Source: Podarcis cretensis | Lineage: Eukaryota | Assembly: GCA_951804945.1 (NCBI GenBank) | Contig: OX638154.1 | Span: 44,888,001-44,952,000, forward strand | DNA: 64,000 nt | Direction: 5' to 3' | Shown: piece by piece, positions 12,724 through 22,672 of the stretch | How positions within the stretch are numbered: position 1 is the stretch's first letter | How the letters are laid out: every line of letters starts with the position of its first letter | Program-made: the position numbers and the translations under genes | Notes under the pieces: model-generated | Database searches by the model: none | What the model was told of the DNA's origin: nothing | Seen by the model: the letters and a program-made list of their open reading frames with translations, nothing else

Positions 12724-14119
12724 CTAATGGGTATCCAGAGGAAACAATATGGATCAGGGAACTTAGAAAGCTCATTGGCAAATCAAAGCAGCAGAGGCAA
12801 CAATAAGATTGATTCCCAGCCTAGCGTTTAACAGGGGAGATGAAGTTTCCACATGTGATATCCCTTGTTCACATGGCTACCCACCTTTGCTAAGTGAACT
12901 GTCTGCCATACTGGTACTGTTCGGTGAAAATGGCTGCTGTGCAATACAAATAAGACTGAAGGTGGCAACAGGCATCTGCTGAGGAACAAGATCTTGGGGT
13001 TCTAACTCAATGAAGATATTGACAACAAGAACGGGCAGCTCTCAAAAGTTTTAAAGGTTAAATTAAAATTTCAGTTCACAAAAATAACGTGATGCCAAAA
13101 GAGAGGTGTCAGTCCAAATCTATTTTGCGTGAAGAAATTCTAACGTGGGTAAGTCATATGAGGGCCATAGGTTCCTGCTCTGCATTCCAATCTTGGAGAA
13201 AGGAAACTTGGTCTTTACTGGGCATGCCAAACAGAATGGGCTGAAAATTGGGCTTCCTGCTACCCGTGCAGTATCAAAGACGGCATGCCTAAAATAATAA
13301 CTAAAGCACCATCTGCTGGTTAAAACAAAAACAAGAACAGAATTGAAAAGTATACTTGGGTGCTAGCTTGCTTTACTTATTTGCTGAGAATCTGATGAAA
13401 TCATGCCAGTTCCATAAGCAAAGCAGTGCCAGAATTCTTAGATGAGATATTCTGTTAAGGGTCAGTTCACACATAAAAGTATCACTGTAATACTAAATGG
13501 CTTCTACTCAATTGTTCCCTTCTCCGCATACATTAGCAAAAATGTGCAGATAGTCCGATATAGAAAAACACAAGGTACCTAGCCACCTGGGGGCCTAAAA
13601 AAATCAAATATTTTTCCTGTACACAGCTTGACAACAAGTTTTAATTCCCCTACATAAGACTGCAGTTGTTGCTGGGATGTCAGTGGCTTCAGAAAACAGC
13701 ACCAAGATCTGCTGTGTGTACAGAGACTACCAGCTTATGTGGAACTCTATCAGAGGTGGGCAACCTTTGCCCCTCCAGATATTGCTGAACTACAACTCCC
13801 ATCATCCCTGGCCATTGGCCATGCTTTCTGGGGCTGATGGAAACTGCAGTACAGCAACTTCTGGAGAGTCAAAGTTTATCCACTCATGGACTATCTGCAT
13901 GTACCACAGGCACATAAAACACCACAAATGATCATAAGGAAGGAAAACAGCCACTGTGAAACTCTCTCATATTCTCTTTCTTCACTCTGAACCCTCTCAA
14001 GTATAACCAATACAAAATAGGCACTTGCACCCAGGGCTCACTGAAGTGATGAAACTCAGGGTGGAGGTGGAGGTAAAACCATACAGCAGAGATAACTTAG
14101 TCTCTGTATAGTGTTGTAG

Positions 14120-14459
14120 GTAAACGTAAAGGGACCCCTGACCATTAGGTCCAGTCATGACTGACTCGGTTGCGGCGCTCATCTTCGTTCATTGGCCGAA
14201 AGAGCCGACATACAGCTTCCGGGTCATGTGGCCAGCATGACTAAGCCACTTCTGGTGAACCAGAGCAGCACACGGAGACGCCATTTACCTTCCCGCCGGA
14301 GCGGTACCTATTTATCTACTTGCACTTTCAAACTGCTAGGTTGGCAGGAGCAGGGACCGAGCAACGGGAGCTCACCCCGTCACGGGGCTTCGAACCGCTG
14401 ACCTTCTAATCAGCAAGACCTAGACTCTGTGGTTTAACCCACAGTGCCACCCGCGTCCC
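14120..14459 (-). mobile_element. Sauria SINE
   Basis: Reverse complement of the GGGACGCGGGTGGC...GTTCGAA tRNA-like head, core GTAGATAAATAGGTACCGC and (TTTACC)-type tail; TSD GTATAGTGTT(G/T)TAG. Confidence 0.9.
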
Positions 14460-14526
14460 TCGTATAGTGTTTTAGCACCTGCTAAAAACATTTATGTTTA
14501 GGGAAGCCTATCCAGTCATGTAAAAT

Positions 14527-15369
14527 CATAGCTGTCAACCGTCCCTTATTTGGCGGGAAAGTCCCTTATCCCAGCGCCGTGTCCCGCTGCTGTCCCTTAT
14601 TGATGATGTCCCTTAAATTTCCCGGGTTTCAAAGGAAGCAGCTCCTCTCCCTCCCTCCCTGCCGGCCAGGGTGGAGGGAGGCTCCAACTGTGTTGCTTGG
14701 CTGCGTTGCTCACCCAATAAGGAGTCCAAGAATGACTGGGGGATGGAGCTTGCATGCCTTGTGCCGATCAAATCAGCCACGTTGCCTGGGGACTCGCCTT
14801 TGCTCAGCGCTTCCCAGCGGAGAGTGGTGGTGGTTTTCCTTGCTGCATCCCCTTTGCTGGGTTGCTGCGCTGTGGGAACCACCGCTTGAGGCTTTGTTTG
14901 GCTGCTGGCTGGGCTTTCTGCCTTTGGCTTGGAGGGGCTCAGAAGTTGAACATACCTGTGCTCTGAAAATCCCTTATTTTGGCTGCTGATCCCTTATTTT
15001 CGAGGCTGCCGGTCCCTTACAGTGGTGCCCCGCAAGACGAATGCCTCGCAAGACAGAAAACCCGCTAGACGAAAGGGTTTTCCGTTTTGGAAGTGCTTCG
15101 CAAAACAAATTTCCTATAGGCTTGCTTCGCAAGACGAAAATGTCTTGCGAGTTCCTGCGGGTTTTTTTTCCTCCCCCCCCCTTTCTCTAAGCCGCTAAGC
15201 CGCTTATCTGCTTATCCGCTAAGCCGCTAAAAGCTGCTAATAGCGTTAATCCATCAATGGGCTTGCTTCGCAAGACGAAAAAACCGCTAGACGAAGAGAA
15301 TCGCGGAACGGATTCTTTTCGTCTTGCGAGGCACCACTGTATTTTCAAATCTGTAAGCTGACAGCTATG
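14527..15369. mobile_element. Non-autonomous hAT-type DNA transposon
   Basis: TIRs CATAGCTGTCA.../...TGACAGCTATG, 8-bp TSD TGTAAAAT/TGTAAAGT, and subterminal TCCCTTA repeats. Confidence 0.82.
15020..15339. mobile_element. Tc1/mariner MITE, family A, copy 2 (inverted relative to copy 1, nested in a hAT element)
   Basis: Same TIRs and internal sequence as 563-880 in reverse complement; TA duplication at 15018-15019 and 15340-15341. Confidence 0.9.
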
Positions 15370-15388
15370 TGTAAAGTTGACATGTATA

Positions 15389-15390
<2 letters not shown>

Positions 15391-15430
<40 letters not shown>
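15391..15430. repeat. (GT)20 microsatellite
   Basis: Direct reading. Confidence 0.95.
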
Positions 15431-15432
<2 letters not shown>

Positions 15433-15573
15433 AAAACTGCTGATTTGATTTATATTTTTGTTTGTCAACTTGCTTTTCATGTCTAACTTTTTACCACTAA
15501 GCAATCTATAAATACTGCAACATAAAAAATAAAGTCTAAGCAACTGCCAGGATTTGAGCACTCCGGTGTTTAC

Positions 15574-15736
15574 CTCAGTGGTGGATTCTTGTTCATGAAC
15601 ATCTCAATAGCTTTTTCATCCTCTGGATTCACGGTTACCTCATCACAATACTCTCCCTTCCCCATGGCTGCAGCTTGCTCCAGTGTTGGCCACTCATCAT
15701 CATCTGTATCTGAATCTCTGTCCTTTGAGGCAGGTC
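15574..15736 (-). CDS. BYSL: Bystin exon 2 (163 nt)
   Basis: CAG acceptor and AG|GTAAAC donor; encodes ...[17 protein letters not shown]...[16 protein letters not shown], in frame with exons 1 and 3. Confidence 0.95.
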
Positions 15737-15789
15737 CTGGAAAGAGTAGAACAAATACAGGTTTGGATATTTAATCAGAATAAACAAAT

Positions 15790-15955
15790 CCTGGCTCAGT
15801 GGTAGAGTGTCTGCCCTGGTTTGATATTTGGCATCACTAGATAAGGCTGGGAATGTCCCCTGTCAGAAACCCCAGACAGCCACTGCCAGTTGCTGTCGAA
15901 AACACTGAGCAAGATGGAACAATGGTCTGACTTAGCATAATGCAGCTTCCTATGC
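15790..15955 (+). mobile_element. tRNA-derived SINE (degenerate)
   Basis: GGCTCAGTGGTAGAG head and GCAGCTTCCTATG tail; homologous to 55940-56343. Confidence 0.65.
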
Positions 15956-16044
15956 AGCTATTTCTTTCAGGTCTCGGAAACTTAACAAAAAAGAGTTATA
16001 ACTATAACACGTGGAACCTGCAACAAAGCACTGAAGTGTGAAAT

Positions 16045-16358
16045 GCTCCTTCTTCAAATATCTAAAGGGCTGTCACACAGAAAATGGAGCAAGTTCGTTT
16101 TCTCCTGCTCTGGAGGGTAAACCTCAAACCAATGGATTCAAGAAAGGAGATTCCAACTAAACATTAGGAAGATCTTTCCGTTGGTAAGACCTCCGATAGC
16201 GGAATGGACTCCCTTGGAAAATGGTAGACTCTCTTTTTAAAGCACAGGCTGGATGGCCATCTGTCAGGTATGCTTTAGTTGAAATTCCTGCAATGCAGGG
16301 GGTTGAACTAGATGATCCTCAGGGCCCCTTCCAACACTATTCCAAAAATTCTATGTTT
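16045..16358 (+). mobile_element. CR1 LINE 3' end
   Basis: CTTCAAATATCTAAAGGGCTGTCAC...GGGTTGAACTAGATGATCCTCAGGGCCCCTTCCAAC...ATTCTATG terminal motif. Confidence 0.78.
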
Positions 16359-16504
16359 CCCATTCTCTTGTCACTTTTTTCTATTCCTCCCCCAACCAAG
16401 TGGGTTAGCATTCTCTGACCATTAAGCACTGCCTATTGGGTTTGTCCACAGGCCTCCCAGAGCTTCATAAGCTACAAGTCCCACCAGCCCCACTTATGAT
16501 AAAT

Positions 16505-17093
16505 TAATAAATAATAATAATAATAATTTATTATTTGTATCCTGCTCATCTGGCTAGGTTTCCCCAGCCACTCTGGGCGGCTTCCAACAAAATATTAAAA
16601 ATACAATTAAACACCAGATATTAAAAACTTCCCTAAACAGGGCTGCCTTCAGATGTCTTCTAAAAGTCAGATACAGTGGACGCTCGGGTTGCAAATGTGA
16701 TCCGTGCGGGATTCACGTTTGCAACCCGCAGCAGCGCATGCGCGCACGTGTGGGTTGTGATTTGGTGCTTTTGCGCATAGCGCGATTTAGCGCTTCTGTG
16801 CATGTGTGACTGCCGAAACCCAGAAGTAACCCGTTCCGGTACTTCCGGGTTTCGGCAGTCCGTAACCCGAAAAAACGCAATCTGAAGTGTCTGTAACCTG
16901 AGGTATGACTGTAGTTGTTTATTTCCTTGACATCTGCTGGGAGGGAGTTCCACGGGGCGGGCGCCACTACGGAGAAGACCCTTTGCCTGGTTCCCTGCAA
17001 CCTCGCTTCTCGCAGTGAGGGAACCAGCAGAGGACCCTCGGAGCTGGACATCAGTGTCCAGGTTGAACGATGGGGGTGGAGACGCTCCTTCAG
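16505..17093 (-). mobile_element. L2-clade LINE 3' fragment interrupted by a MITE
   Basis: Minus strand encodes LKERLHPH...RVFSVVAPAPWNSLPADVKEINNY, continuing after the insertion as LTFRRHLKAALFREVF (L2 ORF2 C-terminus), with an (ATT)n tail. Bounds are approximate. Confidence 0.8.
16674..16911. mobile_element. Tc1/mariner (Tigger-like) MITE nested in L2
   Basis: CAGTGGACGCTCGGGTT...AACCTGAGGTATGACTG imperfect TIRs with TA duplication. Confidence 0.8.
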
Positions 17094-17285
17094 GGATAGC
17101 ATTAGCAAGCGCAGATGTTGCAGCCCAGCGACACCTGGAGGGAACCAAGCGGGGCTGGTGCTCAGAGAGGGGTCCTTCCCAGCCCCACCTGACGGTGCAG
17201 GGGGTTGGAGTCAAGCAAAGCAAGTGACCCCCCACCACCCTGAGCTGGCGAAGAAGAGACCCCGGCGAGCCCACGGGACGCTCAC

Positions 17286-17577
17286 CCAGGACGGTGGTCT
17301 TCGCCTTCTCGGGCTCGCCTCCGCCCGCGGCGCCGTGCTCGGCCTCCAGCTCCTCTTGCTGGATCCGAGCCTGTTCCAGGATCCTCCGGGAGAGCCTCTC
17401 GTCCACGTACTCGTCTTCGCCCTCGCCGCCGCCGCCGCCATGCTTCCCCGCTTTGCCCCGGCGCTTCACCCTCGTCACGGGCTTCACGGAGTCGCCCTGG
17501 AGGATCTGCTCGGCCAGCGGAACGGACGCCGCCTTCGCCGCCCCGCCGGAGCCCCTCGAGCGCTTCACTTTCGGCAT
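17286..17577 (-). CDS. BYSL: Bystin exon 1 (292 nt coding)
   Basis: ATG at 17577 in good context (ACCATG); MPKVKRSRG...EYVDERLSRRILEQARIQQEELEAEHG...TTVL; donor G|GTGAG, phase 1. Confidence 0.95.
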
Positions 17578-17619
17578 GGTGCCCCCCGCAGCTGAAGAGC
17601 CGGCACACGTGTGAGGAGG

Positions 17620-18330
17620 GGCAGTTGCAAAGCGCATGCGCGCTCGCCGAGAACCCTTCCGACTACAGAGCTATGAATGCAGAGAGACGCGTCGTTGCCC
17701 GGATAGACGATTTCCGGGGTCCTACAGCAGAGATTATTGTGGCATCCCCGGCTATTGAGGCATAGTAAGCCTCACTGTTTATGGCGAAAGCTGACGGTCA
17801 AATAAATTGTGTTAGTCTCCTTTGGTGTGAGAGAGGTTGGGGTTGGAACACAAGCGAATAGTAAAGAGAACTCGCACAAGCGACGCTGACACAAAAACCC
17901 ACAAATACATTAAGTAGAATACGTAGAAGCATTGCCCCCCACCCCTACCTCACTCACCATGCCCCCCACCTCTTCCCCCCTTTTCTTCCTAAGGTAACAC
18001 TAATGTCTCAACAAATGAAACTGATCTGTAGAAAATGTAACTTGAAAAAAGAGACATTGCACATCCTTTTGCAAACCAAGAAATCTTTAATATAAAAATG
18101 TTTAATATACAAATAAACAAATTGTGTTAGTCTTTAAGTGAGTCTTTGTGAGTTTCCCCGAGTGTGGGCCACCCTCTTGGTTTCTGCTCAGAGAAGCCAT
18201 TTTAAAATGCCCCTCGGGGCCGGAAGTGACAGCTGCCCATAGCAATCAATGGAGGAATCCCAAGATCTCACGCTGGCGGCGCTGCGGTGTCTGCTATGGG
18301 GCAAATGGCCGCGGCAAAGTCGGGCGTGCT
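17620..18330. promoter_or_regulatory. BYSL/MED20 bidirectional CpG-island promoter
   Basis: CpG-rich region between divergent genes. NRF1 palindrome GCGCATGCGC at 17632-17641, ETS-like ATTTCCGG at about 17710, YY1-like GCCATTTT at about 18196, ETS/GABP CCGGAAGTG at 18220-18228. Confidence 0.8.
17819..18118 (+). mobile_element. 5'-truncated non-LTR retroposon 3' end (L1/Tx1-like) within the bidirectional promoter
   Basis: 15-bp TSD AAATTGTGTTAGTCT (17804-17818 and 18119-18133), A-rich tail, and clear similarity to 28108-28571. Confidence 0.8.
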
Positions 18331-19143
18331 TTCCCTTGCCGAGGGAGTGCTTATTTCGTACGAAGAAGCATCCCCCCACCCTCAAAGGACCCCCCCCCTA
18401 TGAATAGCTCTGCCTGTTCAGACTTCCGTGGCCATGCAGCCCCCTGTCTTCACACTGCAGATCCGTGTTCAAGCCGAGGCGGAGAAAAAACATGCCCCAC
18501 CACAGCTCTGTGGTGTTGACGTTGGGGGCTTGACAACAACCCTGCGGTGTAGGAATACTCTCAGTGTAGGTGGGGTGTGAAGCTGGAGCGCATGGCAGCA
18601 ACACAACCCTGCAGTATCATCGCAGGTTAGAGCTGGCGCGGAGACTGGTTTGGCTTTGCAGACCAAAATCCCGCTCAATTCATACTACGGCTTATAGCTG
18701 TAGCACTTATTTATTATATTTTTTAATTTTAAAAAAATCCCGCCTTTCTTCCACCGTGGGGGGTTTCCTTCTGCTCCCATTTCATCCAGGTACTGATCCA
18801 GACCCGGATCTTCATCGGGCAGGATGGCTTCATAGATGCCCATTGCTCCTCTCTGGACGATGCTTCTGCATTACTTGCTTGGAGCACCAGGTGGCTGGTT
18901 CTGGATGGGGCCTTTCTCAGCTCGGTTGCATCACTTCCTTTTGGCTTTCTTCTGTGAGAGCGTGGAAGGCGAGGCTGTTTCTTCGTCCCTGTTCCGGCAA
19001 GGAGGCTCCTGGGCAGACGCCCCGAAGAGCATTATTTGCACGCGTTTAAAAGGGCAGGAGGGAAGCGCCTTGGAGCCGCGATCGATCTTTTTTCTTGTCT
19101 TTTGCAAGGACTACCCCAGTCTCTCTTGGAGGCCGTCGGAAGC

Positions 19144-19157
19144 ATGGGAGTCACCTG
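19144..19157 (+). CDS. MED20: Mediator subunit 20, first coding exon (14 nt, MGVT + TG)
   Basis: AGCATGG Kozak context; ATG GGA GTC ACC TG|GTACGG; joins exon 2 to give the known N-terminus MGVTCVSQMP. Confidence 0.9.
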
Positions 19158-20609
19158 GTACGGCATTTTGACTCGGGTATTGATTCATTTGCAAAATGCT
19201 GCCGCAGAGTTTGTAGCAGGTTGGTGGTGCTTGGGAGACGATCAGTAGCCGAAAAGACTTCGAAAAGGAGTTGGGGAAGGATAGGTTTTAGAACTGTAAC
19301 GTGTGAACACGCGGTCGGCGGGTTTTGTAGTAGAATTGGCGAGTCAAGATGCTCGTGAAGCAGCAGCAGCGGGAGGCAGGGTTTTTCAAATAGATGCAAC
19401 TGCCGTTGAGACCCCTTCAGCAGCGGGGAGGGTGTAAGTAGGTGACCTGGCTGTGTGAACGAATTGTGTTTCCCCTCAAACGGGGGGTTGTTGCAATAGC
19501 CGAGGCAGTTGCCTGATTATGAGAAAGGAGGAGATCGGTTTGTGACATTCTGGCTGAGAAGATGAAGGACGCAGAGAGTCAGGATCCTTGGGTGGATGCA
19601 TTTAACATTAGAGGCTGGATGCAGGCAAGCATGGGCTTGCTGGTACCACCACAGCTTCACGGCACCCCTGCCCTGGATTCAATAATACCCTGCCCATCTG
19701 GCTAGGTTGCCCCATTAGTAACACATCCTCTCAACCTAGGTGGAAACTCAAGGCAGGAGATAAAAAGGGAGAAGACAATGGACAATGAGGTCTAACAAAG
19801 GGTCATCTGGGATCTGGTCAATTATTGCTGTTGACTTACCTTTAGATATATAAATTACAGATTTTTAGTATTTTATTGCAAGTCCACCTTTCTTCCAAGG
19901 TGGCAAGTGTTGTTTGTTAAAGTGGTAAACACAGTTCTCTTTCCCCATTTTATTCCCATGAGAATCCAGAGAGTCCAGTATTATGGGCATAGCAATCCAA
20001 GCCTCCTTGAAGTTCTGGGGAAGGGCTGAGCTGAATCCGGAAACAGCCCCACTGATATCACATGACAGAATTGAGCGTGATTGCTGTGCTAGCTCCAGGC
20101 TGCCACAGCAAGTTGCCCCCTTCTTTCCCCCACCAGCTTGCGTGAGACAGGCACTGGTTGTGGTTTGGATTGCACCCTAATTAATTAAAAATAGTTAGCC
20201 TTTCCACACTAGTTTACAGGAGAATGATGTAAAAATATAGACAACAATAAAAAATATTTTTATACTACAATTAAAATATACCGGTACATATTGAAGTAGC
20301 TAGTGTCACAACTGGGGGCTGCTGGGTTGTTGTTGATCCATTACAGGGCCTTCTCAGTGGCAGCTCCTCACCTGTGAAATGCCCTCCCTCATTATTGATT
20401 TTTAGGAGGAATTTGAAAAGATTCCTCCTTACTGAGCCAATGGATGGCTGAAAGATACTGTTCCGGGAAATCCTGAAATCATTAGCTTAGACCAGTCTAC
20501 TGTTTTTAAACTATTTTTAGAATGCTTATAAACTAGAATGTTTTTGACTTTCAAAAAGTAATTCTAATGACAGTGTTTCTATGATACTGTTGCTGCACTG
20601 GGCTTCTTT

Positions 20610-20772
20610 TCATGTAAGGGCAGGCCCACTGGAGAGTTACATTGCCAGATGTGGCTGTAGAGACCGATAAGGGAGAGATATGTTTTATTGCAGGTGGGGC
20701 AGATGAAGGCATCTGGACTTGGCGCTAAAGGGGCACCATGGTGTTTCTTCTCTCTGCGTTCCTCCCAGTGGT
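20610..20772 (-). mobile_element. RTE-clade LINE 3' fragment
   Basis: Encodes FICPTCNKTYLSLIGLYSHIWQC, the C-terminal zinc-finger-like motif typical of RTE ORFs. Confidence 0.68.
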
Positions 20773-21808
20773 ACATAAAGGAAAAACAAACCAAATGCAA
20801 CACATCAGTCTCAAGAACTAGTAAATATAAACAACAAGAGCATCCTTATGCTATCTATGATGAAAAGCTCTTTCAAATAAAACCATTTTACATTAGCAAA
20901 AAAAGAGGTGTCAAGCAAATATTTCTTCTTCAACCTGGGCATATGCTCATGAGAAGGTCTTGTCTATGCTTCAAACTTGGGGCTCTCAGATAGGACCTTG
21001 GGTGATAATCTTAGTAAATGGGCAGGTTCAAAACAAAGAAAAAACACTGTGTACCTTATTTCTCTTCTAATCGTGTCTATGCTAAATGTATGTTTCTTCA
21101 CTAGTACACCATTACAAGTGTGTGTGTGTGTGTGTGTACATCTACCAACCTTGAAAACCAACTGAATAAATTATTGTCAATGTGTTTAGTTTTGCGCCTC
21201 ATTGCCAGTGATACCCAGGGCATGGCACATTCAAGGTGTGTAGGAAAACATCTGAAACAAGCAGATTTTGTCTGGTCTACCTCACTCTCAGTCTCATTCA
21301 AATGCTTTATACAGCCTTGCAAATAATATCATAAAAGTTACCAGGCCATAAATGTTTACTCACACACTTGCAGTACCTCAGTTACTTGCGGCATATCAAC
21401 ACAGCCAGTGGGAGAACAGCAACTCTCTTCTAGTTTCCAGTCTGTCTTCCTAGTTGTAATTATTGCAAGTAACTATTAATAAGTCTGTATTTGTAGTTAC
21501 AGAATGCTCTTGGTTATAAAGCAGATTCCACACAGTATGAGAATTTTTGTGGCTTGAGTTAACACTCCACACTCTTCCATGTCAGTTTAGCCTATATACA
21601 TAAGTCCCCATTTATTAATTATTTGAGGTTTTAGAAGTGGCTTGAGATAAATTGTGTGATATTCTACAAAAACCAGGTATGTCTCCCACACTATTGAAAT
21701 TTAGATGGTAAGCCTCTTGGGGCAGACAATTTTTTTGTTTTGTTTATTTACTTCTTTATCACTGCCCATGAAACATCCCAAAGCAGTTAGCAATTAAAAA
21801 TAGATAAA

Positions 21809-22035
21809 GAGTGGTACCTCAGGGTTAAGAACTTAATTCGTTCTTGAAGTCTGTTCTTAACCTGAAACTGTTCTTAACCTGAAGCACCACTTTAGCTAAT
21901 GGGGCCTCCTGCTGCTGCTGCGCCACCGCTGCACTATTTCTGTTCTTATTCTGAAGCAAAGTTCTTAACCCAAGGTACTATTTCTGAGTTAGCGGAGTCT
22001 GTAACCTGAAGCGTATGTAACCCGAGGTACCGCTG
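21809..22035. mobile_element. Tigger-like MITE, family B
   Basis: Near-identical to 60520-60745; TIR GTGGTACCTC.GGTTA. Confidence 0.85.
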
Positions 22036-22065
22036 TAATAACAACTTAAATTTGTTTTTACTACA

Positions 22066-22339
22066 GATAGGTAGCCGTGTTGGTCTGCCATAGTCAAAAC
22101 AAAATAAAAAAATTCATTCCAGTAGCACCTTAAAGACCAACTAAGTTAGTTCTTGGTATGAGCTTTCGTGTGCATGCACACTTCTTCAGATACACTTCAT
22201 GATACAGATACATGATACAGATCTTCAGATACACATGAAGTGTATCTGAAGAAGTGTGCATGCACACGAAAGCTCATACCAAGAACTAACTTAGTTGGTC
22301 TTTAAGGTGCTACTGGAATGAATTTTTTTATTTTGTTTT
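22066..22339. mobile_element. Penelope-like element remnant forming a perfect 106-bp inverted repeat
   Basis: Arms 22096-22201 and 22234-22339 are exact reverse complements; flanking direct repeat TTTGTTTTTACTACA (22051-22065 and 22332-22346); contains the CTGAAGA...GAAA motif typical of Penelope pseudo-LTRs. Confidence 0.8.
22242..22279 (+). ncRNA. Minimal type I hammerhead ribozyme motif (mirror copy on - strand at 22156-22193)
   Basis: GTAT-CTGAAGA-A-GTGTG-CATG-CACAC-GAAA-GC-TC-ATAC: 4-bp stem I, core CUGANGA, stem II, GAAA, palindromic AGCU in place of helix III, and a UC cleavage site. Confidence 0.7.
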
Positions 22340-22517
22340 TACTACAATCTAGTTTGCAAAGGGGTCATATGCACTGGTTGTGCTATGTTAATATTGACAA
22401 TAAAGATGTTACAAACATGGGCTTCCTTGGGTAGCATATAAAGAACTAAAGTACATAGTGGCTATGATTTTGATCAATGAGGGGTTTTTTTTGTTGAAAC
22501 CATTTCTCCTGTATTAG

Positions 22518-22672
22518 TGTTTCCCAGATGCCAGTGACGGAGGGGAAGAGTGTCCAGCAAACAGTTGAAATTTTAACAAGAAAGCTTGAGCTGCTTGGAG
22601 CAGAGAAACAGGGAACCTTTTGTGTAGACTGTGAAACGTACCACACTGCACCCTCCACAATGGGCAATCAAG
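22518..22672 (+). CDS. MED20: Mediator subunit 20, coding exon 2 (155 nt)
   Basis: TAG acceptor 22515-22517, G|GTAAG donor; [51 protein letters not shown]. Confidence 0.95.

Noticed and set aside
16660-17637. 325-aa ORF as a single-exon gene or BYSL-transposon fusion protein
   Set aside because: It is BYSL exon 1 reading through the donor at 17285 into GC-rich intron, L2 and MITE sequence; there is no evidence of intron retention.
17578-17637. In-frame upstream ATG adding 20 aa to bystin
   Set aside because: The ATG lies inside the NRF1 palindrome and is probably upstream of the start site; the 17577 ATG matches the known MPK N-terminus.
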